Source: Tubiluchus corallicola (Eukaryota; Animalia; Priapulida). From it: a DNA stretch of 64,000 nt. Shown here piece by piece: positions 1-14,762 of the stretch. The notes under the pieces were generated by a model that did no database searches, was not told the origin of the DNA, and saw nothing but the letters and a program-made list of their open reading frames with translations. Each line of letters starts with the position of its first letter. Position 1 is the stretch's first letter. The translations under genes were made by a program, and so were the position numbers. The DNA lies in NCBI GenBank assembly GCA_030141605.1, contig JAQGDQ010000002.1, positions 2,418,001 to 2,482,000 of the forward strand, given 5' to 3'.

Positions 1-18
1 GATAAGGGTAATAACATT

Positions 19-147
19 GTGGCGAAAATATACCACTGGCAAACGGCATTTTGGCGAACTGTAGTACTGGCGAAGTATGCCACTGACGAAGTGTGCCACT
101 GGTGAACTGTACCATTGTTCAGCAGTATCAATGGCGAACTGAAACCT
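19..147 (+). repeat. Degenerate ~16-bp minisatellite (TGGCGAAnTGTnCCAC-like units)
   Basis: About 8 imperfect units at 16-nt spacing, e.g. tggcgaactgtagtac / tggcgaagtatgccac / tgacgaagtgtgccac / tggtgaactgtaccat. Confidence 0.75.
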
Positions 148-582
148 ACTAAAATGAACTAACGAGAGAAAGCTATTATATATTTTTAATTATTATTATT
201 CGATTGGAATTGAACAGATTTTGTCATTTCAAGGTGAATAGAGTTTGTGCTGTTTCGATCTTTTTAAGCTACTAACACTAACCTGCAATTAATAAGTGAC
301 AAGTTTGGTGTAGGTCTTTAAGTTAACAGGTACAGGATTGGATCTGGAAGCCTGTAACTGGTACTATTTATAAACGTACCGTATGTAGTCTACCTCTTCC
401 ACTTGCTCTATGCAAGTCAGTATTGTATTGAATTGATTGAATATGTTTGATTTTGTGTCCGCAAAGTAGTACGGTCACGCAATAGTTTTACTGTGTGTCT
501 TCCTCACTTACTAAATTAATGCAATCGATAAAATCGCCATTGTCCTCTTCGTTACCATAATCAAATTTTTCCATTATCGTTA

Positions 583-583
583 T

Positions 584-629
<46 letters not shown>

Positions 630-676
630 GCATCAGCATCATCATCATCGTCGTCGTCATAATCATCATCATCATA
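583..676 (+). repeat. (CAT)n microsatellite with CAG/CGT variants
   Basis: Direct reading. Confidence 0.95.
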
Positions 677-1450
677 CCACCCTCATCACTGCCATTGTCA
701 TGTCGTTATTATTTTGGTTATCAATCTTAACCTAGTTGTTAATTGTGTCATCATCATTATCATCGGGTTCATCTTTAATAGCTTAAAATTTTACTTATCA
801 ACGATTGTTACAGTTGTTTGCTTTTTCGTATTGTTATTGCTATCACATATCTGATTCAGTCTTGAAACATTTTTGAGACAATTATTACCATGTAAGTAAT
901 TTCATCTCGTTTTCTTGCTTGTCTATGCTTATTGAAAATATTTTTCTTCCAAATATTGAAGCTCATATAGTGTTTGGATAATAATACGCGGCAATTTCAG
1001 ATTTGATTTCGTAATAACATGAAATAGAGCCATTATGGTCGCGTGGCCTGCAAACAGTGTCAAACTGCATCGATTTAAACTCGAATGTGCAGATGAAAAA
1101 GTCATAAAAATAATATTTACATGACATATCTAAAACGCATATCATGCTGGAATCTAACCGGCGGTGACGGTTATTGACCGAATATGGCATTCTAGGGTAC
1201 AAGAGAGAATTCTTGTGACACAATGTCAATGCACGATTTTATCTTACTTTTTACTTAAAAAATTTGGCAGAAGATTCGTGGTTAGTGAATTTATGTGGAC
1301 ATCTCTATTATATGAATTGTCCATTATATGGACAACGAAATTGTTAAAAAATAATTTGTCAAGATGGTATTAAGACCGATCGTACAAAAAAAGGCTGTTG
1401 ATATTAAAGTCTGATAGCTGGCAATACCAGTGCCAGTAATGTTAGCAAGC

Positions 1451-1513
1451 GATGATGATGACGACGACGACGACGACGACGACGATGATGATGATAATGA
1501 TGATGATGATGAC
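1451..1513 (+). repeat. (GAT)n/(GAC)n microsatellite
   Basis: Direct reading. Confidence 0.9.
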
Positions 1514-2274
1514 AGGAGTGACGGTGATGATGTATGTATTTTATATACGTAATTTTAAATAAGATTACTCCAAGGTGACGATGATTATGACAGTAAGTGG
1601 TGACGATGATGACAATAATAGCAACTACAGAACAATTTTGAAAACGATGTTAAAATGACAATAATAGTAAAATTATTGAAATTATAAAAAATCAAAAGCA
1701 CTTTCTTTTCTTGTAGTTTCATTAATAGCACAACTAACAGCAAAACTTGAATGTATACAGTGATCGGATAGCAGAACTATAGTTTTACCTTATAATCCAT
1801 GATGGACCTTTTGACTGTAATTGTATTGTAATTGATTTAATCAACTCTTTATATGCATGTAATTTTTAATTGTGGATTCTATATTGGCGATAAAGGTTCC
1901 TATTTATTATATGGTTATCAGGTCCTACATGGACACTGAACTTTGGCATATTAAATGCTCCCTGACACCCACAAGCGTATAGATCATCCCCCTATTTAGG
2001 GCTATTTGCAGAGCGTTATTCGCTCATTTATTGTGTTTGCCCAATTTCATTTTATGGGCAGTAAAATTATCAGTGGCTGCAATTTCCATTAAATTCGGTC
2101 AAACTGTGAACATATCGTAATTACGTTTCAGATAAAGGCAGTGAATACATAAATAGGACTAGTCCTAGCTGCAATAAATATAAATTGACTTCACGTCAGG
2201 CGTGTCGCTTTCTTAAAATTTCCTCATTGTGCAGAGGCGAATTGAGCGAAAATTTAATAATGGCGGTTTTAACG

Positions 2275-2354
2275 ACGAAATTGTATTTAAATTGTATTCG
2301 CATTACTCGTTACACGAAATTGTATTTAAATTATATTCAGCATTACTTGTTACA
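2275..2354 (+). repeat. ~40-bp tandem duplication
   Basis: acgaaattgtatttaaatt(g/a)tattc(a)gcattact(c/t)gttaca occurs twice in tandem. Confidence 0.85.
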
Positions 2355-2678
2355 TGGTGCATGCTTCTTGAACAGTATTATCGCATAAGACTAATTAGCA
2401 GTAACTATTTTTATCATGGAGTTAATTTCCTTTCCTTTTTTGCCATTATTAATTGCAGGCTTGATAATCACTTATTCATCACTTAGATGACATTTAGAGG
2501 TAGTATGGCAGAACGTCTCTGCCGTTTCTCTATAAACCATTATCTATAAATTCTAATTGGAACAACGTATCCAACAAGTTAATTACGACAAATACTCAAT
2601 GTATACACACATAGCTAACAGAAATTAGTGAGGGATTCTCTCTACGTTTTTGAAGCAAGGCAGACTAACGCCTTTATT

Positions 2679-2741
2679 TTATTCGTTCTGACCCGTATTA
2701 TGCCAAATAAAGATGTTATTCGTTCTGACCCGTATTATGCC
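2679..2741 (+). repeat. 26-bp exact direct repeat
   Basis: ttattcgttctgacccgtattatgcc at 2679-2704 and 2716-2741. Confidence 0.9.
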
Positions 2742-4072
2742 TTATAAAAAGGGTTAGCAAATATACCGAAGAAACAAAGTGGCAGCAGCGGCCGTGATAA
2801 CAGCCCGCAGCACTACGATTTTACAAAAGTGACATACTACAGCAGTTTTTCTACTTTTCAAAATCAGAACGGTTTTAAAATTTTCTATATTTTCGAAGCT
2901 CGAGCTAAGGGACTATTAGGACTACCCTATTTACCCGCTTGTTTAGCTAGCGTAGTTGACTACGTAAACTCTTTCACTGATGACATGCAAAAAATCTGAA
3001 TCTTCTTTCGAGCGTATTTTCTATAGATGAGCCTAAAAGCTATGATTTGGAGTTTTTTTGTCCACAGAGTGTTATGCATCAAAGCTACGTTTTAAGCTTA
3101 TAGGTGAAGCTAGTGAACTAAGCCGAGTGTACAATTAGCAAATTAAATAATTTTTAATTTGTTTGTTCATCGCATTACTGACGGTTTGAAATTCATACGC
3201 GCTTCTCTCAAGCCGGGTATAATTTTCTCGTTGCGGGTAACGATCAAGTGCAGTAATTAACAAAATTATGTAATCATTTAATTACACGGACTACGAACAA
3301 ATTATACGATAAATCTCAACCCTTTGAATGCTTAACGGTAATACTAAACACCTAGTAATTTTTGTCTGTGAACAGACAGTGCTTAACTCCTTTTAGTGCA
3401 TTAGATAATACCCCTGTTTAGAGGGCAACAATAAGGCGCAAAAATAGGCGCTTCACCGGAGTAGCAGAGGGTTGATAAATGCACCCACTCAGGGAAAAAG
3501 CCTCGAGAAAAATATTTTGGATTATGGTATAAACTTGGTCATTGTAGTGACAATTTATTGCGTGTCAGCGTCGCAAGTTATTACGTAACATAGCTAAATA
3601 ACCACAAAACTCAAACACTAACACGGAATTATAGCTAAATAATAAACAACTCTAACATATTAAATCACACTACATAATTAGCATGAAAATAAACAGGCTT
3701 TAATTAGTACACTATACAGACTAGTTAATTTATATTCATGCAACGTGTGTCCTGTGCCCGATGTTACTGTAAACTATTAGCTTCCCACACCAAGTATGAA
3801 CAAATATCTGACAGTCCACCAGATGTAATAGTCCAAGAGCCCGTGGCGAAATAACCTCCTCATCAGGAACATGATTTTCGACCAGCGCATATCGTAGGTA
3901 TGATTGTGGCATTTCACGAATGACTACCCCTTTGTCATGGTAACGGGGCTTTCAGGAGGTAAGCCCCAAATAGGTAACCCAAAAATAACCTATAACCTAA
4001 TCATCACGAACGTGATTTTCGACCACTACATATTGTGCCGTAGGCTATACTAATAACCGTAGACCATACACC

Positions 4073-4248
4073 ATGTCACTGATGTACTAAAGCCGGTAGA
4101 AAAGCTAACAATGGCCGCAGAGTACTTTAATACGACCTCACTTTCAATCTCTCTGATTAGCTCTAGATTGAAGTAGTTACTAAGCACTATATAAAGATCG
4201 TAAATTCATTAAAAACGATCTGTGGTTTTAATAATATAAAAACCTATA
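4073..4248 (+). repeat. Dispersed ~176-bp repeat, copy 1
   Basis: Near-identical to 14587-14762 (atgtcactgatgtactaaagcc...aataatataaaaacctata), with only a few substitutions. Confidence 0.95.
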
Positions 4249-6162
4249 CGGGTCTGTCATTTGTCATTAAGCGGATTATTTTGTTTGGGATGTTCTTAGA
4301 TTAGTCAAAATCAATTAGTCACCACACACTGTAATGTCATCAAGCTATTATAGCAAAAATTATTATTCACTATCAACAGTCTGACAGTTATTATTAATTT
4401 ATTTTACTGTAGCATTTATACATATTTTATTGCAAAATATTTTATCACATTAGGAGCGCATAAATACGACGACGATGATGATGATAATGATGATGATGTT
4501 GATGGTGAAGGTTATAGTAATATCGCTGCTGATGGTGTAGGAATACCATTTAACCCCATTTAAAGCCAACTGTGGTGAGCAGCTATTATATTTCTGTTAA
4601 ATCTTTTAATAAGATAGCGTAAATCTTACTAAGTATCTTATTTAGATTAGATAAGATTACTTTTTTCAGTCTGAAAGCCATATGAAAGTGACAAAACATT
4701 TATAGTATGTAGAGTAAAAAGAACCTTCATTAGCTATCACGTTGGAAAACTATTAGCTTTATTACACAAAGGCTTATACATGCCGTCTGCTATTCCACCA
4801 TCCTAAATAATGTTGATTGTTTACAAGTCTTGATTTTAATTGTTTTCTCTGCAAAGGTGGAAACACACGATACTGAAATATAAATTACTAGTAGCACATA
4901 TAGCAGAAGCCCTGCAGTCATAAGGTAATTTAAACAGTTTTCTAATTCCATAAGATTATTGCTTTTATGTTGCGTTTGTTTTTGCTGGTGTAATGAAAAA
5001 AATTACCACTCTATTTGAGGGACAGTTTTTCTTGCCTCGTTTATTGTAAAAGTACACATACTGGCCTGATAGTTTCGCCAAATCGCCGTATAAAACTGTT
5101 TATTTTTTTAATTTTATTACGAAAACACCAAACAGAAATACCATATAGCAAAATACATTATGATAACATGGTATACATAGTTACATTAATTTCATAATAA
5201 AATTGACATGGCGTGATATCTATATAGATTGTTGCTTGCATTATAGTCAGAAGCATTACTTGTGTGACTATAATGCAATTTATGGTGTTAGTGTTAGTGT
5301 GCAAAAAAGGGAAGGTAAAACATGATGGAATGATAGTGGAGAGTGCAGAAGATGGAAATCAGCGTGATTAGGTTAGTGAAATGATGTGAATGAGAATGAA
5401 TATGAGATTGCTACTTGGATTCATTATTATAAGTAAACAAAGGCAACGTTTAAAGTTTAAACCATAGGTCAAAATGAGCTATGGTGCAAAAATTGTCCAC
5501 TTTTCCGTAATATTTTATTTCTGAGGGGCTCAAGATCTTACTCGCTACTATCCAGATGACTATGTTGTTTAACGTTTTTGCTATACGACTAATTTTACCC
5601 AGTGCATTTGGTTCATCTTTGCCTTCTTCTCGTTGCTAACTAAACAGCTCTTCGATAGCCCAAAACGCAAGACGAAAAAACATAAACACTTCCGTTAAGA
5701 TAGTAAAACACGATATCAGAATACGCTAACAGCATTCCGGTCCTCATCTCACAGTAGCGAGTTTTGACAGATAAATGGCAACGGCACGTGCATTTTAATT
5801 TGGTTTATATGTTAATGACTGTGCAGTTTGACTGTAATGATTTCTGTAATAATATTTGTATTTGGAGAATTTACTATTCAAGATCAAGAAGCCATTGTGA
5901 TGAACTATCACAATACGAGCACGAACAATTCGTGTTATAGGTGTTTGATTTTCTTTTGTTTCATGATCGTTATACAAAATGGAAATGACTGTGAATTCAC
6001 AAAATTAGGAATGAAACAAACGGCAAGCTGCGTTTTATTGCATGAGGGAGTTATGTATATATACTTATATATATATTAGTATATATAAATAAAAATATAT
6101 AAACAACAAATATGTTATTAATATACAAGGTTGTTACAACTGTTGATGTGCTGTCCTATTGT

Positions 6163-6173
6163 TTTTGTTTTGT

Positions 6174-6217
<44 letters not shown>

Positions 6218-6222
6218 GATGT
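6163..6222 (+). repeat. (TTG)n microsatellite
   Basis: Direct reading. Confidence 0.95.
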
Positions 6223-8680
6223 TCCTACCACTGGTGCTGCAGACACATTGATGCAACTGTAGCTACTGTTGTTATTAATTTTTATTTAGTTATTTTGTGT
6301 TTATCAACAGTTTCGTCGGAATTTTGTTGAACGCATAAACTTACCCGCGCGACCTGATGGCCACTCTGAAGATATTTATGAACTTAATCAACCGAAATAT
6401 GTCACACATATTCTACTAGCAAAAATCTAGGTTACTATAACTTCAGGAAGCCACTGCACATGCGTAATTTAAGCACGTTAAGCCACTCATGTCTTAAAGG
6501 ATCAACACGCTGTTTTTTCTGCTCCACTTACAAGCACAAGCAACAGTGTTGAAACGGCAGAACTAAAAACACCGAATTCAATCTTACCTTCTATAGCTTA
6601 CCCGCATTCCGTGGTTTAAGATGCAGATTCCCTTTTTACAGTGAGGCGCTGATTTGAGCAACTGTGTTGGATGCATCTATCGTATATAGTTACTATGTTC
6701 GACGGTCAACGAGACTATACTTCAACTATACTTTATTATAAGCAGACTATATAGTATACCAACCATGACAACATCATAAGCATATCAGACATGTGATTGA
6801 ACTAATAGACAAGTGCTAAAAGTCATACTGAATTCCCAGGAATGTTATACCGACGACATTAAGACATGCTACTCAGTGTTTCTTTATTCCGTTTTTGGAT
6901 TATTGAAGCTGAGGGAGGATTTAATTGTTAAAAAAATCTTGCCCCCGATTCCGATTACACCAGGAAGCTAGTGCATCCGACGCAGATGTAACTTGTACGA
7001 CGTGATGGTATATAACTAATATATAGCACATGAGCGATTTTTAAAAATTAGACCACGCTTATTTTGAAAGGTTGTCTCTTTCAAAATTCACTAAATTGAT
7101 TACAAAAATTGGTATGGATTGTGAAAACGAAAGACAATGTGGTGATTGCAAACTGAAAATTTTAAGAACTGATTTAATTATTTAAACGTTGAAGTGTGGG
7201 ATATTTATAACTTTCTCTGCGCAAACATGCTTCATATTTTTTTCTCTTTACACATCGATTACCAAAAAATGCAAAGCACACTTCTATCTGCCTTAATTAT
7301 TTGAAACTGCATGTCTGGCAGTTGCTCTCACACAGTTTTCAAATCTCATTTCCGCCCACCACGAACACGTTTGTCGAAGGGGCGGTGTGTCTCCCGCCCC
7401 CTTGTCAAGTTTTTGTAATCAATGATTGATGAGAAACGTTGCAAACCCATAAAGAAAATCGCCAGGAGAGTTGGAAAATTATTGAACTAATCTGTTATTT
7501 TTTTCCTTCAGTGTCTGATTGTCCATCTTAGCAAATCACACTGGGGGGGGGGGAGGAAGCCGTAAAAAACATGCACAACTCTGTTTCATAACTGCGTAAT
7601 ATGATTTACTTGAACGTTCTTTTTACTTCTTTGAACAATTTGTTGCCTTGCATATTAGGCTTATATCGATGGAACACTTTTTAACTTCAAGAAAATTTTT
7701 GTAGAGGAAAGTTGGGCAGCTTTGTAGTTGAAATCATTTAAGATTAGCAAACCAAGTGGCAGGCAAACGAACCGGATGCGAATTCTGTAGACTAAATGAT
7801 GTGAACATGCAAATTCACTTAGAACCGAAAAAACTCTGCGGGCCAATATGATGGGAGTGCAAGGGAGTATTGTAATTGTTATTAACCAAGATTGTGAACA
7901 TTTTGTATCTGATACGGACGTGCACTTTTGATTATTATTAAGCGACAGCCCCTCCATATTATTTTCACATTTAACGACTACTTATTTTATCACTGAATTT
8001 ATCACGTCTCAAGTAAAATCGTCGCGACTAACGAAGGCGCGAAAGCAAAAAGGAGCAACTAGCATTTTTTCAAAAGTTAAGGCTCACCTTGCTAAGCGTA
8101 ACGCATTAGAACTAGTTGACCCCAGACAGAAGGCATAACAAATGTCGTTATAATGGTGAATTGGCGAGGTGGAACTTGGTGGATATGAACAAAATACAAT
8201 AATTTTGGAAATTTGCTATCGATTCCTATTTACTAGCACCTATTCTAAAATGTTTTATTGTTTGCTAAATCACAAAATTGTAGAAATTGCCACATACATT
8301 CTTGGATTTACACTATAGTAATGTTTTCACGCTTTAATTTCCCAAGAGAGTTCATTTATTCTTTAACCAAGAATGAAACTGGCTACTTAGCGAAAATAGG
8401 GAGCTGTAAACGTAATACATTTTAGAAATTTTAACAACTGAGCTGTTTATTTTTCCGAGCATGTTTAGATGAAGCAGATTTACAGATTATGTTCATGCAG
8501 AACGATGTTTATGATTATGATGCTGTTTAATATTTTTACAGATTAGGTTATGAAAGGATCGGAATCTGTCTCAGTTCCAATAATAATGCTCGAAGGCAAG
8601 CAGCTGAACCGGTAGAGCTATTTTATCCATGTTCGTAATCTTAGTTATCTTAGCCAAAACAGCTGTAGGTAGTATAACAC

Positions 8681-8800
8681 GAGGCACTGCTCAGAACCTT
8701 TTTAACTACTAGTCAAAATTCTATTACTAACCAAACCTAGCACTGCTTAACTTTCATAGTTAAGCTACCCTGCCACACAGTGAGAACTCAGCTATATCCC
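8681..8800 (-). mobile_element. Degenerate 5S rRNA-like / SINE3-type relic
   Basis: The minus strand reads gaaagttaagcagtgctaggtttggttagta, resembling the 5S internal control region gaagttaagcagggtcgggcctggttagta. Confidence 0.4.
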
Positions 8801-9646
8801 CTCATCCAAAATGTATATCTACTGTATCGCCAGCATCACTCCGTGTTGTTTGCCTTAAAAGAAGATGAACTGAGACAATTTAGTTGTCAAAATGCTAAAA
8901 AATATCAACCGCTTTAACATTAAATTTCTAGTAGCAGTAAAACTGTAGTAAAAATCATTCTTAATGCTTGAGTATAAATATAATATCACCAATTTTAGCT
9001 GTGAGAGTATCAATGAAATGTACTTTTGAAATCGAGGTTTAATATGGTTATAGAGAGCAAAAAATATTAGCAAGGTGAAATAATAATAAGAATTCTAAAA
9101 AGATAAAACTATACCGCATTTGAATTGCCAGCTACCGCTTAATTATTTTTACATGAAGCCTGTCAAATTATTAATATTAATTACATCACTCGCTGATGTA
9201 TATGTTACGCTAGTCACGTTTAAACGCATTAATTAAGCCTTGGTTAAACGCGATGTAGACTTTTTGGTCCCCCGCACCTCAGTGATCACTGATAAATTAA
9301 ATCAATGATGCGAAAGAGTTACGCAGTAATTAATTCTGCGAGAGGGAGGGGTTTGTAGTGGGTGAACTGTCTTCAACATCAACAACGAAGAAAGAGCAAA
9401 AATTTTCTAGCACGGTACAGCGACACTGGCATCGTTCAGTTAGTCGACTCATTTTCAGTCACTTACATTTATTAACACTGTTTTTGAACATTTTAGAACT
9501 CTTGAAAATACAACCCGACCTTGAGAAATCTACTTATAGTTGGTGAAATTTAGAAATTTGGCCCACATGTCGGTTAACATGTTACCTGTAGCTAAGTAAT
9601 TTCCGCCAAACTCAAAACTTTAAATGACGATGAACGAGTGTAGTCT

Positions 9647-9681
9647 GCAGTAGCAGTAGCAGTAGCAGTAGCAGTAGCAGT

Positions 9682-9741
<60 letters not shown>

Positions 9742-9793
9742 CAGAGCAGCAGAATCAGTGGCAGTCAGAGCAGCAGAATCAGTGGCAGTAGCA
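9647..9793 (+). repeat. (GCAGTA)n/(GCA)n microsatellite with a 21-bp duplicated tail
   Basis: Direct reading; this repeat produces the poly-Ala ORF 9592-9870. Confidence 0.95.
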
Positions 9794-12700
9794 ATATCAA
9801 CGTACAGCAGATCTGCCAAACCATTCGAATAACTTATTTGCAAACGTGGTTCGCTTCTAAGTTCATCCAAAACACACTTATCTTACAATATTTAAAGTTA
9901 GAGGTCATTCATGAAAGACTTACAACATGTCTACTATAACATGTTAAAATGAAAAAAAAAATTAGCCAAAGGAACAGCATGGCTAAGCAGATAAACAACT
10001 GCTTCATGTTTAGCATTCACCTCGCTCATGATCAGCAAGCTGCATCTGCTAAGTTCTGCTTTTCTTTTGACTTTACTTCAAAAACCGATTTATATTGACT
10101 CAACAGCGCCTTTTATCCTCTTTCGAATAGTGATTGAGTAAATGTTTGAGCGAATCTTAAATTTGCCAACCAAATCCTGCTTGACAGCATCTGTAAATCC
10201 ATTAGTGATCGATTACTGATTGTGCATAAAAATTGAAACGGCTGTCGCCATTTTAGCGGCATTATACCATTTGTAGAATTAACGTCAGCACTGGGATTTC
10301 ATTTGTTTGTCCATCATCAACACTGAAAAAACAATAATTTATGGTGATGCCACATTGATTATAGGTTTTACTTTTCGATGTCTAGATTAAACAAGTTAAG
10401 CCTACATAGATGTACATTGTACATGAAACTAGTACCACGTATAACAAACAAGAAAGATGCGAAAGTTTATCCACTTCCACGATGCAGACAAACTGCGATA
10501 GTTTGCAAAGTTCTAATAAGAATCTGCCGCCACACTACTACAGTTATGTTCTCCTCTCGCGCATATTGCGGACGACAACCTTTCTATGACCATTGATCTC
10601 CATTCAAACCCAGGGTCTTTCAGATTATTTTGACATTTATTTGGTGTAGAACATTTTAACGTGAATGCCCTGATCTAATTGACCCCTTCAAATATAAGCT
10701 ATAAGGGAATCCGTAGATAAAGATATTCTCCCTGTAACGCCCAAGTTATAAACAGTCCTGGATTCTTATTATTTGAAAGCCCTATATTTAATCGACCTGA
10801 TCAAGAATTAGCACCTGCGTGGCAAAACAGGCGGGGATGCGGTAAAAAGTCAAAGAAGGCCGAGTGCCTAGTTTTAAATAAAGTAACTTATTTTATTTTA
10901 TATTCGCAAAGAGGGCTCGTAAACCCTATTACTCGTAGCGAGTTTTAAATAAAGTACTTTATGTTATCTTTCTTATAACGCGTCTTGCAGGAAAGAAACC
11001 TGGGTTTTGTTCACGATAAACTGAAAAAAAAACCTCGGTTTTCCTCAGTCTTGCGAACTGAAGCATATGATATAGAATAGGCCTATACTAACTTCTTGTT
11101 TGCAAACGATAACTATAGAGAATGTCAGTTCTTAGCGACCAGTCTATGAACATTCTTTATTTAGGTTCCCATTATAGACCTACTTCATACAAGTATTAGT
11201 TATATCGCGAATTTGGATTAAATACTTGCCTACGTGAAACTTCGTAATCTTGACAAATTAATGCAGACTTTATGAAATTAGTCTGCAAGAACTAGCGCCT
11301 GCGAATTAGAGTTTGCTTGAACGACCGATTTATTCTCGCTCCAGTACAGCGTTTGGAGAAACCGCAAAATTCGTTCTTAACGACAGGCAAAGGCGGGAAT
11401 TATCATAAAAGCTCGCTAAGTAGAAAGTAATTTTTGCGAAAAAGCTATTGGCTTGGAAAGGCGGGATAACGATAATTAGTTTTATAACTTGCTAAAAACG
11501 ACTTTAATAAATTTTGTCGGACAAGGTTTGCAGAGACTTAGCCTATACAGCGACGATGGAAGGATGTTTCAAAGTTCCATTAAAGTAATTACATTTCTAA
11601 ACTGTATTGGTTATAATATAATGTCATTCATAATAAATGTTATGATAATAATGGCAATAGCGATAACTTACTTATCCCCTGATAAATGCCTTGGAAGTGG
11701 TCCTTTCTAAACCTTCCAGGTGTTTGATGGTTAATTGCGCATTCATCGCAAACATATCACGTAAACATTACTACTGTGTAACGTAAAATTAACTTGGTGG
11801 CAACTTAGTGACTTTAAAACTCTCAAAGTTATTTAGAAGACTTGTCTACAGAGAATGATAAAAGACTGTCAATTTTTTTACGGTACTTTTTGCTAGCCGC
11901 TTGTGTAATGAATGTTTCCAGGAAAGACTCAGTGAAAGAGACCGTCATTAAACTCTGAACAAAGCTGGCGATTGCTCGGCGAAAACTGAATGGCACACAA
12001 GTTTCTGTCTACGCCTCGAGCCTCAACAAACTCGGCAAATGATTCTCGCAGCTTCTTTGCTGAAATTCTGATCTAGTTATTGGCTCGGGTTTATTGTGCG
12101 TGCCACTTAGCGTCAAAGCTTTTCCAGTTTAGGGTTAAAACCGGTGGCAATCAATGGCGACTTTATCAGAACAAAACCATAAAACTCGTCCACGTTAGAC
12201 ATGTTGTCAATTTGTAGCTTTGCTTCGATAAAACCTAACACCTAATCTTTTGTTGAAAAGGATTTGCAGCTTTAGAAGGCAAATTAAACATGTTGATACA
12301 CCACACTTATTGCTCAGTAATAATTAAATGGGAGTCGTGGAATGACATTATAGGGGTCAAATTGATAAACCAAACAAATTTACGGTGGTAGACTAATTTT
12401 CAGCAATTTTCCCTGGTTAAATGAGACGGAATCAGTTGGAATCACCATTCTAACAGTGCATTATTTATTTACATCTGGGGTAACATTATTAACCTAGATT
12501 TCACCTGAATTTAACTCGCTTTATAGTTTAAAATTCAATTTAAATCACACTGTTACCCTATAATTACTTCGCTTTAAATTTAATATCCAAAATAAAAAAA
12601 TCTTTTGGCGCTCTGTATGCACCTTGGCTTGCTTTTTATTGGCATGTAAATAATAATAACATTTTCATCACACATTTTAGTTTAGTACTTGCAAGCCGCA

Positions 12701-14586
12701 GTACTCAACTGTAGGGACAATTAATGTAGATGACTGTAGCAAAAGTTGCAAAACCTGTTATCAAGGCAACCTTTTAAGGTGAAGTACTACCGGCAGTGGT
12801 GTTCTAACCATATTCAGATGTGCATATATCGTCCGTCTTTCAACGAGGATGCTCTGAAATAGAAATTGCATCAGAACATGCCGGCCAACTATAGCCACAT
12901 TTTAACGACTCTTAAAATGTAAAACCAAACCACCATTCAACTCTCAAGAACTAGCCGACAAGACTGGTGACAGAGCAGGCTACTGGTGAGAGCTTGGCAG
13001 AAACACAGAGAATTTCAAAATTTTTTGGTAATTATCTGGCCGCGCAATAAGACTCCCAACTTCCTAGACGACAAACATGCACTCTACTACTAAAAACCAG
13101 CCTGATCATTATTTGTACCATATACAATTTTTCCAGCGTTCACTGCTCAGTGAAAACACTTTTCTATAGCTGCTGCTCCACCAAAAAGTTTTAAGACATG
13201 GTACTTATCTTCTAGAGAAGATCACAATAGACATTGGCAGCGTGGTAAACCGTGGAAGTTTTCAAGTTGCTTATTTGATTAGTTTTCTTCATTAGCCAGT
13301 TAGAAACGGCTGAATGGCTGACTGGTTTTCTTGTAACTTCGTCTATTCAATTTCATCTAACTGCACTGATTATTCGTTCATACGTTGTACAGTTGTCAAA
13401 TTTATACTAACTCAGTGTTTGAGGGCTTCTACACACTAATTATCACGGTTAAACAAACTGAATTGTCGAGGTAATTGTCCGGAAAGCTCATTCTTTCGTG
13501 TAAACGTTGAAGTCGAAATCGCTTGCATGAGCGGACATTGGAAAAGCAAACTAGATGATCATCAGGCAGTCACCAAGACCTAGCCATTCTCTCGTCATCA
13601 CTTAATCAAGATCGCGTGAACGAAAATTGCTTAATCAAATACTCGGATGCCGTATCATGGCGTCTGCTTTCTGTGTGCATTTAGAAAAATTACCGCCACA
13701 CAAACTATTTATATTATTTGCTCGTTGCGACCCATCTCTAAGTTTAACTCTTGGAGTACCGCACTGGGTTTTTTGGCTGTTTAGCACTGTTATGATTAAT
13801 TACAGCCAGTAATTTAAAATTTTTAAACCAGAAGTAGATGAGATTTAAGGAAATATCTCTCTACACTAGAAAAGTAACGTGAAGAATCTGTAATGTGTGA
13901 TAAAGCGATAATATAAAGCAATGAATTGGCAACTCGTCGATATTTCACAAGTAGAAAAGGGTTTACACTTTAGCAGTAGTCAATATTCGGCTTTTGTCAG
14001 CACCGGATAACCACTCTGAAACACTCAGCCGAAAAGAATCGATATTGGCAAGACATAAATCATTGAAAAATAGCAGAAAAACGCACTTTGGACAAATCGG
14101 GTTATAAACCAGATCTCGTTTTTACATGGGAAGTGCGATTTAAGACGTAGTAAATGCGCCCATTTCGAAGATTTCAACTGCCTAATCTTAGAGCGCATGT
14201 CGAGATAATGGGTATGGAATTATGGGAAACTTCATTCATCTCATGGTATTGGTCAGTATTGAATCACACACTATAAACAATCTAAAAATAAATCGCGTAG
14301 CAGAATAAAATCATAATTGAAGAGGTAGTGAGAAAAATGCAAAAGTGGAAAAACTATGGGAAAGATATTTGATGAAGTTCATGATCGCCCTGTGAGTATA
14401 GCATCCGTTGAGAAACAGTTGTGATCTTTTTGACGTTTAAACAGATGAGGAAGTCAGTATTAATATACCGTGCTATTTAGCCAAAGCGTAAAAACTGATG
14501 TAAACTTTTGACACTGCACGTACAAGTGCAAACTGCAGTTGAAACGTCATTGCAAGCCAAAATGTACAATCGTCTTTCTGGCAGTG

Positions 14587-14762
14587 ATGTCACTGATGTA
14601 CTAAAGCCGATAGAAAAGCTAACAATGGCCGCAGAGTACTTTAATACGACCTCACTTCCAATCTCTCTGTTTAGCTCTAGATTGAAGTAGTTACTAGGCA
14701 CTATATAAAGATCGTAAATTCATTAAAAACGATCTGTGGTATTAATAATATAAAAACCTATA
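14587..14762 (+). repeat. Dispersed ~176-bp repeat, copy 2
   Basis: Near-identical to 4073-4248, same orientation. Confidence 0.95.

Noticed and set aside
19-147. Regularly spaced short repeats as a possible CRISPR array
   Set aside because: The period is 16 nt with no unique spacers and no cas genes, in a eukaryotic context; this is a minisatellite.
9592-9870. Poly-Ala ORF
   Set aside because: It is generated by the (GCA)n microsatellite; there is no other coding signal and no ATG start.
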